From contig OY970178.1 of the NCBI GenBank assembly GCA_963707915.1, positions 2,464,001 to 2,528,000 on the forward strand: a stretch of 64,000 nt of DNA, in the 5' to 3' direction. The notes below the pieces were generated by a model that ran no database searches, had not been told where the DNA came from, and worked only from the letters and a program-made list of their open reading frames with translations. The first letter of the stretch is position 1. The number at the start of each line of letters is the position of its first letter. Origin of the DNA: Candidatus Eiseniibacteriota bacterium. Lineage in GTDB: Bacteria; Eisenbacteria; RBG-16-71-46. Both the position numbers and the translations under genes were made by a program. Shown piece after piece: positions 28,613 to 38,138 of the stretch.

Positions 28613-29172
28613 GCGAGCCCCCGGAAGAACGCCTCGATCATCGCCGCGCCGCGGGGGGTCGCGTACGAGTCCGGGTGGAACTGCAGGCCGGCCATCGGCA
28701 GCTCCTCGTGCTCCACCGCCATGACGACGGCGTCCTCGCTGGTCGCGACCACGCGCAGCGGGCGGGCGACGTCCGCGAGGGCCAGCGAGTGGTAGCGCAT
28801 CACCGCCTGGGGGCCGGCGAACGCGGCGAACAGGCGCGCGCCCGCGAAGGTCGCCACCGACGGCTTCCCGTGCCGGGGCGGCGTGCGCACCAGGCGGGCC
28901 CCGAAGGCCAGGCCGATGGCCTGGTGCCCGAGGCAGATGCCGAGCGTGGGGAGCCGCCGCGCGGCCGCCGCGCGGGCCACGGCGACGAGCCCGGCGCGCT
29001 CCGGGTCGGTCGGGCCCGGACCGATGACCAGCGCGTCCGCGGCCGCCAGCAGGTCCGGGCGCGCCGCGACCTCGCGCCCGGGGACGACCGTCACCTCGTC
29101 CCGCCGGCACGGCAGCCGGTCGATCACGTTCCACGAGAAGGAATCCTCGTTCTCCAGGAAGAGCACGCGCAT
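28609..29172 (-). CDS. pabA: glutamine amidotransferase, ADC/anthranilate synthase component II
   Basis: NEDSFSWN, IGPGPTDP, GICLGHQ, HGK, RYHSL, QFHPDS. Confidence 0.85.
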   Translation of the reverse strand: MRVLFLENEDSFSWNVIDRLPCRRDEVTVVPGREVAARPDLLAAADALVIGPGPTDPERAGLVAVARAAAARRLPTLGICLGHQAIGLAFGARLVRTPPRHGKPSVATFAGARLFAAFAGPQAVMRYHSLALADVARPLRVVATSEDAVVMAVEHEELPMAGLQFHPDSYATPRGAAMIEAFFRGLA

Positions 29173-29292
29173 GGGACTGCAGGGAAGCGCAAGCGCGGGC
29201 CGGGCACAAGCCCGCGGACGCGCCCGGCCCGCCGATCCCCCCCCGCGGCGGCGCTTGCGCCCCCGTGCGCGACCCCGCACAATCGCGCCGCG

Positions 29293-31002
29293 ATGCGTTC
29301 CCTGCGACTCGGCCTGGCCCAGCTCAACCCGACGGTCGGCGACCTCGACGGCAACTTCGAGCGGATCGTCGCCGCCGTCGGGCGCGCCCGCGCCCTCGGG
29401 GTGGAGGTGCTGGCCTTCCCCGAGCTGGCGATCACCGGGTATCCGCCCGAGGACCTGCTGCTCAACCCCTCGTTCGTCGAGCGCGCGGTCCGGCGCACGC
29501 GCGACCTCGTCCCCCACTCGGCGGGCATGACCCTGGTGGTGGGCACGGTGGAGCGCGAGGCGGAACTGTTCGACGCGGCCGCGGTGCTTCACGACGGCCG
29601 CTGGGCGGGCAGCTATCGAAAGCACCACCTGCCCAACTACGGCGTCTTCGACGAGAAGCGCTACTTCACGCCGGGTCGCGGGAACGCGGTGTTCGTGCGT
29701 GACGGCGTGACGCTCGGCGTGAGCATCTGCGAGGACATCTGGTTCCCCGGCGATCCGATCGAGGAGCAGGCGGCGTGCGGCGCCGAGTTGCTGCTCAACC
29801 TGTCGGCCTCGCCGTACCATGCGGGCAAGGCCGGCGAGCGCCGCGGCATGCTGGGCACGCGCGCCACCGACTACCGGGCGATCGTCGCCTACGTGAACCT
29901 GGTGGGCGGGCAGGACGAGGTGCTCCACGACGGCGCGAGCATGGTCCTCGGGCCCCGGGGCGAGTCGTTGGCCGAGGGCGCGATGTTCGCGGAGGACCTG
30001 GTCGTCGTCGACCTCGACCTCGACGCGGTGTCGGCCGCCCGGCGCGGCGCTTCGCCGCCGCGGGAACGGGGGAACGCGGGGCCGGCGCGCATCGGGCTGG
30101 CGGCGTGCACGGGGACCGCGAAACCGGCGCTGGCCGCGCCCCCGGTCCCCGCGGCCCGCGCGCCCGAGGCCGAGGTCTACGACGCGCTGGTCCTCGCCAC
30201 ACGCGACTACGTGCGCAAGAACGGGTTCGACACGGTCGCGCTCGGACTCTCCGGGGGCATCGACTCGGCGCTCTGCGCCTGCATCGCCGCCGACGCGCTC
30301 GGACCGCGGCAGGTGGTGGGCGTGAGCATGCCCGGCCCGTACAGCGCGGGGATCTCGCGCGAGGACGCCGAGGCGCTGTGCCGCGCGCTCGGGCTGCGCT
30401 TCTACGCGATCCCGATCGGGGACGTCTTCGAGTCGTACGGCCGCGCGCTGGCGCCGGCCTTCGCGGGCCGCGCGCGCGACGTCACCGAGGAGAACCTGCA
30501 GGCGCGCATCCGCGGGAACCTGCTGATGGCGCTGTCGAACAAGTACGGCTGGCTGGTGCTCACGACCGGCAACAAGAGCGAGACCTCGGTGGGCTACAGC
30601 ACGCTCTACGGCGACACGGCGGGCGGCTTCGCGGTGCTGAAGGACGTCTACAAGACCATGGTCTACCGGCTCGCGCGGCACCGCAACGGGCGCTCCGCCG
30701 CGATCCCGGAGCGCACGCTCACGCGCCCGCCCACGGCGGAGCTCCGGCCGGACCAGCTGGACCAGGACACGCTGCCGCCCTACGAGGTGCTCGACGCGAT
30801 CCTCGAGGGCTACGTCGAGGAGGACCGCTCGGCGGCCGAACTGGTCGCGGCCGGCCACGACGAGGCGACCGTGCGCCGCGTGATGCGCATGGTGGACGCG
30901 TCCGAGTACAAGCGCCGCCAGAGCCCGCCGGGCGTGAAGATCACGCCGCGCGCCTTCGGCCGCGACCGCCGCCTGCCGATCACCAACCGCTGGCGGGGGT
31001 AG
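29293..31002 (+). CDS. nadE: glutamine-dependent NAD+ synthetase
   Basis: Nitrilase domain (FPEL, ICEDIW) fused to LSGGIDS, ENLQARIRG, TTGNKSE, YKRRQ. Confidence 0.96.
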   Translation: MRSLRLGLAQLNPTVGDLDGNFERIVAAVGRARALGVEVLAFPELAITGYPPEDLLLNPSFVERAVRRTRDLVPHSAGMTLVVGTVEREAELFDAAAVLHDGRWAGSYRKHHLPNYGVFDEKRYFTPGRGNAVFVRDGVTLGVSICEDIWFPGDPIEEQAACGAELLLNLSASPYHAGKAGERRGMLGTRATDYRAIVAYVNLVGGQDEVLHDGASMVLGPRGESLAEGAMFAEDLVVVDLDLDAVSAARRGASPPRERGNAGPARIGLAACTGTAKPALAAPPVPAARAPEAEVYDALVLATRDYVRKNGFDTVALGLSGGIDSALCACIAADALGPRQVVGVSMPGPYSAGISREDAEALCRALGLRFYAIPIGDVFESYGRALAPAFAGRARDVTEENLQARIRGNLLMALSNKYGWLVLTTGNKSETSVGYSTLYGDTAGGFAVLKDVYKTMVYRLARHRNGRSAAIPERTLTRPPTAELRPDQLDQDTLPPYEVLDAILEGYVEEDRSAAELVAAGHDEATVRRVMRMVDASEYKRRQSPPGVKITPRAFGRDRRLPITNRWRG

Positions 31003-31029
31003 GGCGCCGCCGGCGGGTCCCTCCCGGGA

Positions 31030-31572
31030 CTACTTCGCGGCGTCGATCACCGCGACCAGCGCGCCGCCGGTGAGGACGAACGAGTAGGAGCCGCTCTTGC
31101 CCAGGGCGTAGAGCGTGAAGACGCCGTCGCCCTTGATCTGCTCGACCAGCGCGGCCTTGCCCCCCAGGAAGAGCGCGGCCGACTGGTCCCAGCCGACCTG
31201 CTTCGACTCGCCGGCCGCGAGGTGGAGCGGGCCCCAGATCTTCACCGCGGTCGGATCGATGGCCAGGGTGGCCGCGTCCGCGTGTTCGGTGAGCCCCGGC
31301 GTCATCCACACTTCCACGTCCATCGCCGCGCCGGTGTTGGCGAACCGGCCGAGGATGGCGACGTCGGCGAGGTCCTTGAGCTCGGACTTGTGGTCCTTGT
31401 ACGCGCTCACGGTGTTCAGGTCCACGTCCATGTGCTGCATGGCCGTCTGGCTGATCGAGAGCGGCGACGGCAGGTCGTGGGAGACGACGAACTGGCCGGA
31501 GACGAGGAGGCAGCCGGCGGCGGACAGCGCGGCCAGCGCGAGGGTCGGGATGGTCCAGCGAAGGCTTCTCAT
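31030..31572 (-). CDS. hypothetical lipoprotein
   Basis: Lipobox AAGC; GGAGG RBS; beta-rich. Confidence 0.78.
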   Translation of the reverse strand: MRSLRWTIPTLALAALSAAGCLLVSGQFVVSHDLPSPLSISQTAMQHMDVDLNTVSAYKDHKSELKDLADVAILGRFANTGAAMDVEVWMTPGLTEHADAATLAIDPTAVKIWGPLHLAAGESKQVGWDQSAALFLGGKAALVEQIKGDGVFTLYALGKSGSYSFVLTGGALVAVIDAAK

Positions 31573-31585
31573 GGCAGGCCCCTCC

Positions 31586-32131
31586 TTACGGCAGGCTCAG
31601 GAAATGGTAGGACGCGCCGGCCGTCACGTTGACGAACTTCCGCGAGGTCTCACCCAGCGAGATCATGTTCAGCTCCCCGCGCACGTCCACGTCGAGCTTG
31701 GGGATGGCCGAGAAACCCAGGCCGAAACCGAAGTTGTAGCCCGTCTTGGTCAGGTCGTCCGCCGCCGTCCGGGTGAGCTTGTGCGAGCCGATGCCGACGA
31801 ACGGGTAGAAGCGCACCGGGCCGCCCGTCGCCAGCAGCGCGTTCACGCCGTAGGCGGTGATCTTCCCGCCGTCGCGCGTGTAGGTCAGACCGCCGAACGT
31901 CTCCTCGACGTCGCCGAGCGAGCTGGTGGCCCAGTAGGGCTCGACCTTCAGCAGGGGCAGCACGCTCACCGGCAGGCGCACGCCGTAGACCATGCCCTGC
32001 TTCGCGTCCTCCTGCAGGATGGGGATGCTGATGCCCCCGAACGGGCCGGCGCCGATCTTCACGCCGACGGCGCCCGCGGCGCCCGCGCCGAGGACGAGCG
32101 CGAGCAGAACGACCGGCAGGATCCTCTTCAT
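31586..32131 (-). CDS. small outer-membrane beta-barrel protein (OmpA/OMP_b-brl-like)
   Basis: Start MKRILPVVLL; signal peptide; FYPFVGIG, YNFGFGLGF, VTAGASYHF strands. Confidence 0.8.
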   Translation of the reverse strand: MKRILPVVLLALVLGAGAAGAVGVKIGAGPFGGISIPILQEDAKQGMVYGVRLPVSVLPLLKVEPYWATSSLGDVEETFGGLTYTRDGGKITAYGVNALLATGGPVRFYPFVGIGSHKLTRTAADDLTKTGYNFGFGLGFSAIPKLDVDVRGELNMISLGETSRKFVNVTAGASYHFLSLP

Positions 32132-32181
32132 GTGCCGTTCCCTCCTCTGGGTTGTCACCCCGGGACGCGTCCCGGGAGGAT

Positions 32182-32868
32182 TCACTTCACCACGCGCACG
32201 GCCACCACCCGGGCGGAGGCGTGGCGTGTGAGCCGGGCAGCGACGTGCTCCAGCATGAGCGACAGGTGGCCCTCGGCCCGCTCCGCCGGGCAGAACACCA
32301 CCACCAGCAGCCGCGTGGTGGTCGCGGCGACCGAGGTGCGCCCGGAATCCGACGTCGGCGCGCCGAAGGGCCCGTCCTCGTCGGCCAGCAGCAGGCGACC
32401 CGCGAGGTTCACCTGCTGCTTGCGGATCCCCGGGTAGCCCTCCCCCGCGCGGCCGGCCCGCGCCTGCACCGTGCCCCTGACGTGCTCGCGGTCGTACAGG
32501 CCGAGCGGCAGCTGGTGCTCGAGCGAGCACAGGTTGCACACGTCCACCGCGAGGTTCACCCGCGGCAGGCCCTTGCCCTGCACCACGCGGCGCAGCAGCG
32601 CCTCACTGCTCGGCCGGGTCTTGGTGGGGTCCACGCCGAGGCGGTGGAACAACGCGCGGGCCTCGGCGACACCGGGGATGGCGACCGGCGGACGGTCGGC
32701 GTGCTCGGCCGCGAGGCGGGCGCAGACCTGCGCGCATTCCTCGTCGAACGCCGGCGGCACCGGCTCCATCCGGAGGTCATCGGCCGCGAGCAGCCCCAGG
32801 GCGAGCACGCCGCGCAGCGAGTCCTCGACGGCGAGGCCCAGTTCGGGCGCGTGCGACTCCATCTCCAT
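32182..32868 (-). CDS. B3/B4 domain protein (PheT-related, tRNA-editing-like)
   Basis: GVDPTKTRPSSEALLRR, PRVNLAVDVCNLCSL...PLGLYD, DEDGPFGAPTSDS. Confidence 0.88.
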   Translation of the reverse strand: MEMESHAPELGLAVEDSLRGVLALGLLAADDLRMEPVPPAFDEECAQVCARLAAEHADRPPVAIPGVAEARALFHRLGVDPTKTRPSSEALLRRVVQGKGLPRVNLAVDVCNLCSLEHQLPLGLYDREHVRGTVQARAGRAGEGYPGIRKQQVNLAGRLLLADEDGPFGAPTSDSGRTSVAATTTRLLVVVFCPAERAEGHLSLMLEHVAARLTRHASARVVAVRVVK

Positions 32869-33235
32869 CGCGGTCACTCCGGCGCCGGGCCCCGCGGGTC
32901 CGGGCCACGGTCGAGACTCTACTGGAACGCCGGGACACGCGGCGCGGACGGCGATCGCATGACCCGGCGGGTTTCGGACGGACTTCTGCTGGCTACCGAG
33001 TGGGCGGCGGGAAATCCCTTTCCGACCCAACAGTCCGGACGACGATGTCGTCCTTCGCTGCGGCCAAACTTCATTGTCTTCGCCGCCCACGCGAAATTCC
33101 GATATCGGGTGAGCGCGGCTTCGATGGGTGCGCCCATCGCGTGGATCCACGACGGGCAGCAAGCTCAGGCGCCAACATAGCGTGAACGGCCGGAGTTTCC
33201 AAGCACGAATTCACCGACGCGGCGCGATCCGCTGC

Positions 33236-33250
33236 GCAATGAGCGTGCCG
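33236..33250 (-). promoter_or_regulatory. putative sigma54 promoter
   Basis: Minus strand CGGCACGCTCATTGC, near-consensus GGCACG-N4-TTGC. Confidence 0.65.
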
Positions 33251-33292
33251 GGGACGTTTTCACCCCGCCTCGCCGGATCCCGCGGACCGAGG

Positions 33293-36004
33293 TTACTTCT
33301 CGACCACGGGCAGCTTGCGCTCGACCGACACGACGCGCCAGCGCCGGGGCCCGGTCCCGTCCCCCAGCTCCACCTCGTCGCCGACCGAGTGGCCCATGAG
33401 CGCGCGGCCCACCGGAGTCTGGAAGGAGATCACGCTCTCGCCGTGGTGGTGCTCGTCCTCGCCCAGGATCCAGTAGCGGCGCGCCCCCTGGTCTCCACCC
33501 TCGAGCACGACCTCCGTGCCGAGGCCCACGACGCCCTCGCGGTACTCGGCGTCGTCCACGAACCGCGCCCGCGCCAGGCGCAACTGGAGCGAGGCGACCA
33601 TCTGGCTCACGTTGGCCTGCTTGAGCTTCGCCGAGTGGTACTCGGCGTTCTCGCTGAGGTCCCCCAGTTCCCGGGCCTTCTGGATCGCGGCCGGGATCGT
33701 CGTCCGCAACTCGCGCTCGAGCCGCCCGATCTCCTTCTGGAGACGCTCCCAGGTGGCCTGCGTCATGACCGGCAGCTCCGTCCCTTCGGCCTGCTGCCCC
33801 ACGCCCTCGAACAGCCGGTCCGTGCGCTTCTGCCGCTCGCCGCGGATCACCGCGACCTCCTCGGCGAGGCCGAGCTGCTCGAGCGCGTCGAGCGCCGGGA
33901 ACAGGTAGCGGTCGCTGGAGCGCCACCCGCGGAACAGGATGCGCACCTTGAGCTGCAGCTCCTCCGGACAGCGCTGGCCCTTCAGCAGGCGCTCGAAGGC
34001 CCCGCCCGGTTCCAGCCAGCGCTGCACCTTCTCGGCGACCGTGCGCTTGGGCCGGTCCTCGAGCAGCGCCAGCGCCGACCACAGCACGAGCCATCCGTCG
34101 GACGGGGCCACCGGGGCCCCCAGCTCGTCCTCGATGGAACGCAGCGCCGCGCCCGGGTAGCGCGCGGCGTGCAGCAGCAGCGTGCGCCGCAGGTCCGCCC
34201 GCCCCTCGTCGTCGAGCCGGGCGCTCAGCCGGGCGGCCTCCTCGCGCACCGCCGAGAAGCGCGAGTCGAGCGCGGAGAGGATCGCGTCGGACTCCACGCC
34301 GGGCGCGTGGGACACGGCGAGCAGCGCCAGCTGCTCCGCCTCGCCCGACAGGTCGGTGACCGCCAGGCCCTGCTCCCACAGGGTCCCGAGCACGCCGGTC
34401 CACTCGTCGCCGCGCTCGGGGAACCAGCGCGCGAAGTAGAGCCCGGCCCGGGCGCGGTCCACGCGCTCGCCCGCGTCGTCGATCATGGTGCGCTCGATGA
34501 ACCTCCCGAAGCGCTGCTTCAGCGCCGGCTCCGCGGCCGCGTGCTGCGAGAGGAACTTGCGCAGGGTCGTGAGGTTGGCGCGCGCCGGCTTGTTGACGGC
34601 GAGGCCCGGCAGCGGCGCCTCCGCCACCGCCGCCTCGGCGGTCGGGGCGACCTCGCCCTCGACCCGCAGGCGGTAGGACTGTTCGAAGGCGCGCGCGGCG
34701 TCGATGCGGGGATGTTTCGGGGCGGCGGCGCGCGCCTGCCGCCAGAACACGTTCCACTCCTTGAGCGGCACCAGGTCGGTTCCCACCAGGAACACCTTGA
34801 GCCGCTGCGCGTCGCCGGCGCCGCCGATCGCCCGGAGCGCGCGCGCCAGCACCTCGCCGGGCTCCTCGGCGCGCAGGCGCTTCATCTCGGCGGGCTGCGT
34901 GAGCTGCAGGAGCCGCAGGTCGTCCTCCGCCAGCGGGAGCAGCGACCGCTGCGCCGCGTCGTACGGCATGCGGTGGCGCTTCGAGCGCGCGAAGTCGAGC
35001 ACCACGACGTCGCCGTCGTTCGTGATCACGCGGCCGGCCTGCAGGGTCCCGTGCCAGACCGCGCGGCCCGGGGGCAGCGCGCCGATCCGGTCGAAGCGGG
35101 CGATCGCCTCGAGCAGCGGGCGCGTGCGCTCGGCCACTCCCGAGGCCGCGATCACCCCCGCCGCGTCGGGCAGGCCCGCGCCGGGGCCCTGGCGCAGGGC
35201 TTCGACCAGCGCGTCGCGGAAGCGCTCGCCGCCCGCGCCGCCCTCCTTCTCCACGGCGGCCCGGACCACCGCGCGCAGCGCCTCCTCGCACTCGCCGGTG
35301 CGGCCGGCGCGCGACAGCTCCGGCAGGGCGATGCGCACGAGCTGCTCGCACGGATCGAGCGCGCCGCGCTCGGCCGGCGCGGGCAGCGCCCGGACCAGGT
35401 CCACGAGGCCGTCCACGGCGCCGTGCTCGACGAATTCGAGCGCGGCCTCCTCGAGCCCGACGAAGCGGTCCTCGGCGGCGAACGCCGGCATCATCTCGGC
35501 CAGCAACTGGCGGCGCAGGTCGCCCTCGCCCGCCTCACCGAGACGTTGCGCGAGCAGCAGGCCGAGATCGAGGTCGTCGGTGAGGATGCGGAAGGCGCGC
35601 TCGAGCGCCTCGAGCCGGTCCGGGTCGCGCGCCAGGCCCTCGTGGGCGCGCACCAGCAGGCGGGCGCCGGCGTGGGTCTCCTCGAGCGACAGGCTCCGTT
35701 CGGCCACGGCGGCGAGCGGCTCCCACTCCCCCGTGGCGCCCAGCCGCTCTCCCAGCGCCAGCAGCGTCTGCAGGGCGCGTTCGGTCTCGCCGTTCAGGGC
35801 GCAGGCCAGGGCGAGGAGATACTCCACCCCGGGAGTGGCCCCGGACTGCCGCTGGCGGGCCGCGCACTCGTCGCGCACCATCGTCAGCGATCGTTCCGCG
35901 AGGGCCTGGGCGACGAAGGTCTCGAGGCGTTCGCGCGTCGGAGGCGTGAGTTCGGCGGCCTCCTCGCCGCGCAGGACGGAAGAAAGGTCGGCTCGAATGG
36001 TCAT
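33293..36004 (-). CDS. greA: large GreA/GreB-domain protein (903 aa)
   Basis: C-terminal GreA (AIQKARELGDLSENAEYHSAK...ISFQTPVGRALMG) preceded by about 740 aa of helical extension. Confidence 0.85.
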   Translation of the reverse strand: MTIRADLSSVLRGEEAAELTPPTRERLETFVAQALAERSLTMVRDECAARQRQSGATPGVEYLLALACALNGETERALQTLLALGERLGATGEWEPLAAVAERSLSLEETHAGARLLVRAHEGLARDPDRLEALERAFRILTDDLDLGLLLAQRLGEAGEGDLRRQLLAEMMPAFAAEDRFVGLEEAALEFVEHGAVDGLVDLVRALPAPAERGALDPCEQLVRIALPELSRAGRTGECEEALRAVVRAAVEKEGGAGGERFRDALVEALRQGPGAGLPDAAGVIAASGVAERTRPLLEAIARFDRIGALPPGRAVWHGTLQAGRVITNDGDVVVLDFARSKRHRMPYDAAQRSLLPLAEDDLRLLQLTQPAEMKRLRAEEPGEVLARALRAIGGAGDAQRLKVFLVGTDLVPLKEWNVFWRQARAAAPKHPRIDAARAFEQSYRLRVEGEVAPTAEAAVAEAPLPGLAVNKPARANLTTLRKFLSQHAAAEPALKQRFGRFIERTMIDDAGERVDRARAGLYFARWFPERGDEWTGVLGTLWEQGLAVTDLSGEAEQLALLAVSHAPGVESDAILSALDSRFSAVREEAARLSARLDDEGRADLRRTLLLHAARYPGAALRSIEDELGAPVAPSDGWLVLWSALALLEDRPKRTVAEKVQRWLEPGGAFERLLKGQRCPEELQLKVRILFRGWRSSDRYLFPALDALEQLGLAEEVAVIRGERQKRTDRLFEGVGQQAEGTELPVMTQATWERLQKEIGRLERELRTTIPAAIQKARELGDLSENAEYHSAKLKQANVSQMVASLQLRLARARFVDDAEYREGVVGLGTEVVLEGGDQGARRYWILGEDEHHHGESVISFQTPVGRALMGHSVGDEVELGDGTGPRRWRVVSVERKLPVVEK

Positions 36005-36133
36005 GGGAGTCCTGGGAGAGGTGTCCGGATGGCCGGAAGGGCACCCATCTTTGCTCAGTCGGGACCGCGAGGCAAGGCGGGTGCCGGACGAAGACCTTGT
36101 GCGGCCCGGCGGCGCCCCCTAGACTGCTGGCCC

Positions 36134-36685
36134 ATGAGGATCTACACCCGCACCGGCGACGACGGCACGACCGGGCTGCTGGGCCCCGGCCGGGTGTTGA
36201 AGAACGCGGCGCGGGTGGAGGCCTGCGGCGCCGTGGACGAGTTGAACGCGGCGCTGGGCGTGGTCCGCACCCTCGATCCCGACGGCTGGCTCGCCGCCGA
36301 GCTCGCCACGATCCAGTCCAGGCTCTTCCACGTCGGCGCCGAGCTGGCCGCCCTCACGCCGGATGTCCCGGCGCAGCGGGATCGCATCGGCGACGAGGAC
36401 GTGGCCGCGCTCGAACGGTGGATCGACCGGCTCGACGCCGAACTGGCCCCGCTCACGAGCTTCGTGCTGCCGGGCGGGTCCGCGCTCGCGGCCCAGCTGC
36501 ACGTCACGCGCGCGGTCTGTCGCCGCGCCGAGCGCCGGACCGTGTCGCTGCTCCAGGCCGAGCCGGTCGAACTGCGCCTGGTGCGCTACCTGAACCGTCT
36601 CGGGGACCTGCTCTTCGTCATGGCGCGCTGGTGCAACCGACGCGCGGGCGTCCCCGAGACGGAGTGGCACTCCCGGCGGCCCTGA
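36134..36685 (+). CDS. PduO-type ATP:cob(I)alamin adenosyltransferase
   Basis: IYTRTGDDGTT, GAVDELNA, RAVCRRAER, YLNRLGDLLF. Confidence 0.93.
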   Translation: MRIYTRTGDDGTTGLLGPGRVLKNAARVEACGAVDELNAALGVVRTLDPDGWLAAELATIQSRLFHVGAELAALTPDVPAQRDRIGDEDVAALERWIDRLDAELAPLTSFVLPGGSALAAQLHVTRAVCRRAERRTVSLLQAEPVELRLVRYLNRLGDLLFVMARWCNRRAGVPETEWHSRRP

Positions 36686-36736
36686 CCCCGCCGGACCCGC
36701 CCGCGGGCCCCGCCGATCGGGGCGGGACCGGGCCTC

Positions 36737-36765
36737 TGGACAAGCGATGGCCTGGCGGCGATAAT
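36737..36765 (+). promoter_or_regulatory. possible sigma70 promoter
   Basis: TGGACA-N17-GATAAT upstream of the GGAGG/ATG at 36795. Confidence 0.4.
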
Positions 36766-36794
36766 GGCCGCTGCACACCCTCCGAGGAGGATTC

Positions 36795-37979
36795 ATGCAG
36801 CGGATGCCCGGTTCCATCGCATCCGGCCGTTGCTCCCCTCGTGAGTGGCTCCCCACCCTGATCCTCGCGCTCCTGCTGTCCACCTCCGTGAGCGCGGACG
36901 TGGTGATCAAGGAGAAGTCCGTTTCCGAGGGCCTGGGCGGCTTCGGCAACGGGACCACCAGCCGCACGTTGATCGTGGCCGGGGACAAGAGCCGCTCCGA
37001 GGACGAGTTCACGTACACCGGCCGGTTCAAGACGCTGGCAGGCGGCGGCAAGCCCCGCACGACGGTCTCCATCACCCGGCTCGACCGCGAGGTCGTCTGG
37101 AACCTGGAGCCGCAGAAGAAGCAGTACACCGAGCTCACGTTCGCCCAGATGCGGGAGCTGATGCAGCAGGGCCTCGCCGCGGGCGAGCAGGCCGCGCGCG
37201 AATCCCGGGCCGAGGACGCGCGGGCGAAGGACGCCGAGATGACGTTCACGGTGGACGTCAAGCGCACCGGCGCGAAGGAGACGCTGAACGGCTTCCCGAC
37301 CGAGCAGGTCGTCATCACCTGCGTCGGCCGGCCGAAGAACCCGCAGAAGGGCGCGGAGAACGCCGAGATCCGCCTGGTGATGGACGAATGGCTCACGAAG
37401 AGCGCGCCGGGCGGGCAGGAACAGGCGGAGTTCCACCGCCGCTTCGCCGAGAAGCTCGGTCTCGATCCGCAGCTGTCGGGCGTCGGCGCCACGGCGCGGC
37501 AGATGTACGGCAACGGCATGAAGGAGCTGGCCGCGAAGATGAAGGAGCTGGGCGGAGTGGCGATCCGGAGCACCTTCACCATCGAGGGGCCGGCCGGGGC
37601 CCCCGGCGAGCCGGCGCCGACGGCCGCGCAACTCGAGGCGCGCCAGGCGGAGGCCGGGGCCGACCGCGAGAAGGCCCGGGAACAGGCCGCGGCCGACGAG
37701 AAGAAGCAGGACCAGGAAGACGCGAAGGACCTCGCCACCTCGGGCGGCGGCGTCAAGGGCAAGCTGGGCGGATTCCTCGGGCGCAAGCTCGCCGGCGCCG
37801 CGCAGAAGAAGGCCGAGGACAAGGTCGAGAAGAAGGCCGGGGAGACGTCCTCCCCGGGCACGACGGCGGGCGGCCCCCTGATGAAGGTGGTCACCGAGGT
37901 GTCCAGCATCACCACCTCGCCCGCACCGGCCGGCAGCTTCGACGTGCCGGCCGGCTACAAGCTGCAAGAGAGGAAGTGA
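36795..37979 (+). CDS. hypothetical exported protein (DUF4412-like)
   Basis: Signal peptide; SITRLDREVVWNL...KQYTE, KRTGAKETLNGF, C-terminal FDVPAGYK. Confidence 0.7.
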   Translation: MQRMPGSIASGRCSPREWLPTLILALLLSTSVSADVVIKEKSVSEGLGGFGNGTTSRTLIVAGDKSRSEDEFTYTGRFKTLAGGGKPRTTVSITRLDREVVWNLEPQKKQYTELTFAQMRELMQQGLAAGEQAARESRAEDARAKDAEMTFTVDVKRTGAKETLNGFPTEQVVITCVGRPKNPQKGAENAEIRLVMDEWLTKSAPGGQEQAEFHRRFAEKLGLDPQLSGVGATARQMYGNGMKELAAKMKELGGVAIRSTFTIEGPAGAPGEPAPTAAQLEARQAEAGADREKAREQAAADEKKQDQEDAKDLATSGGGVKGKLGGFLGRKLAGAAQKKAEDKVEKKAGETSSPGTTAGGPLMKVVTEVSSITTSPAPAGSFDVPAGYKLQERK

Positions 37980-38138
37980 GGATCGGCGGGTAGAGGCCCG
38001 CGGGCGCGGCGGAGTCCGTTCCGCGCCCGCGTGGGTTTCCCCGCGCGGTCCCGCAGTGAACACCCCGCGTCCATTCGGTGGCGCCCCTGCAGTCGCCTCA
38101 TCCGGCGCCGGAGCGATGGACCCGCAGAAGGAACGTCC

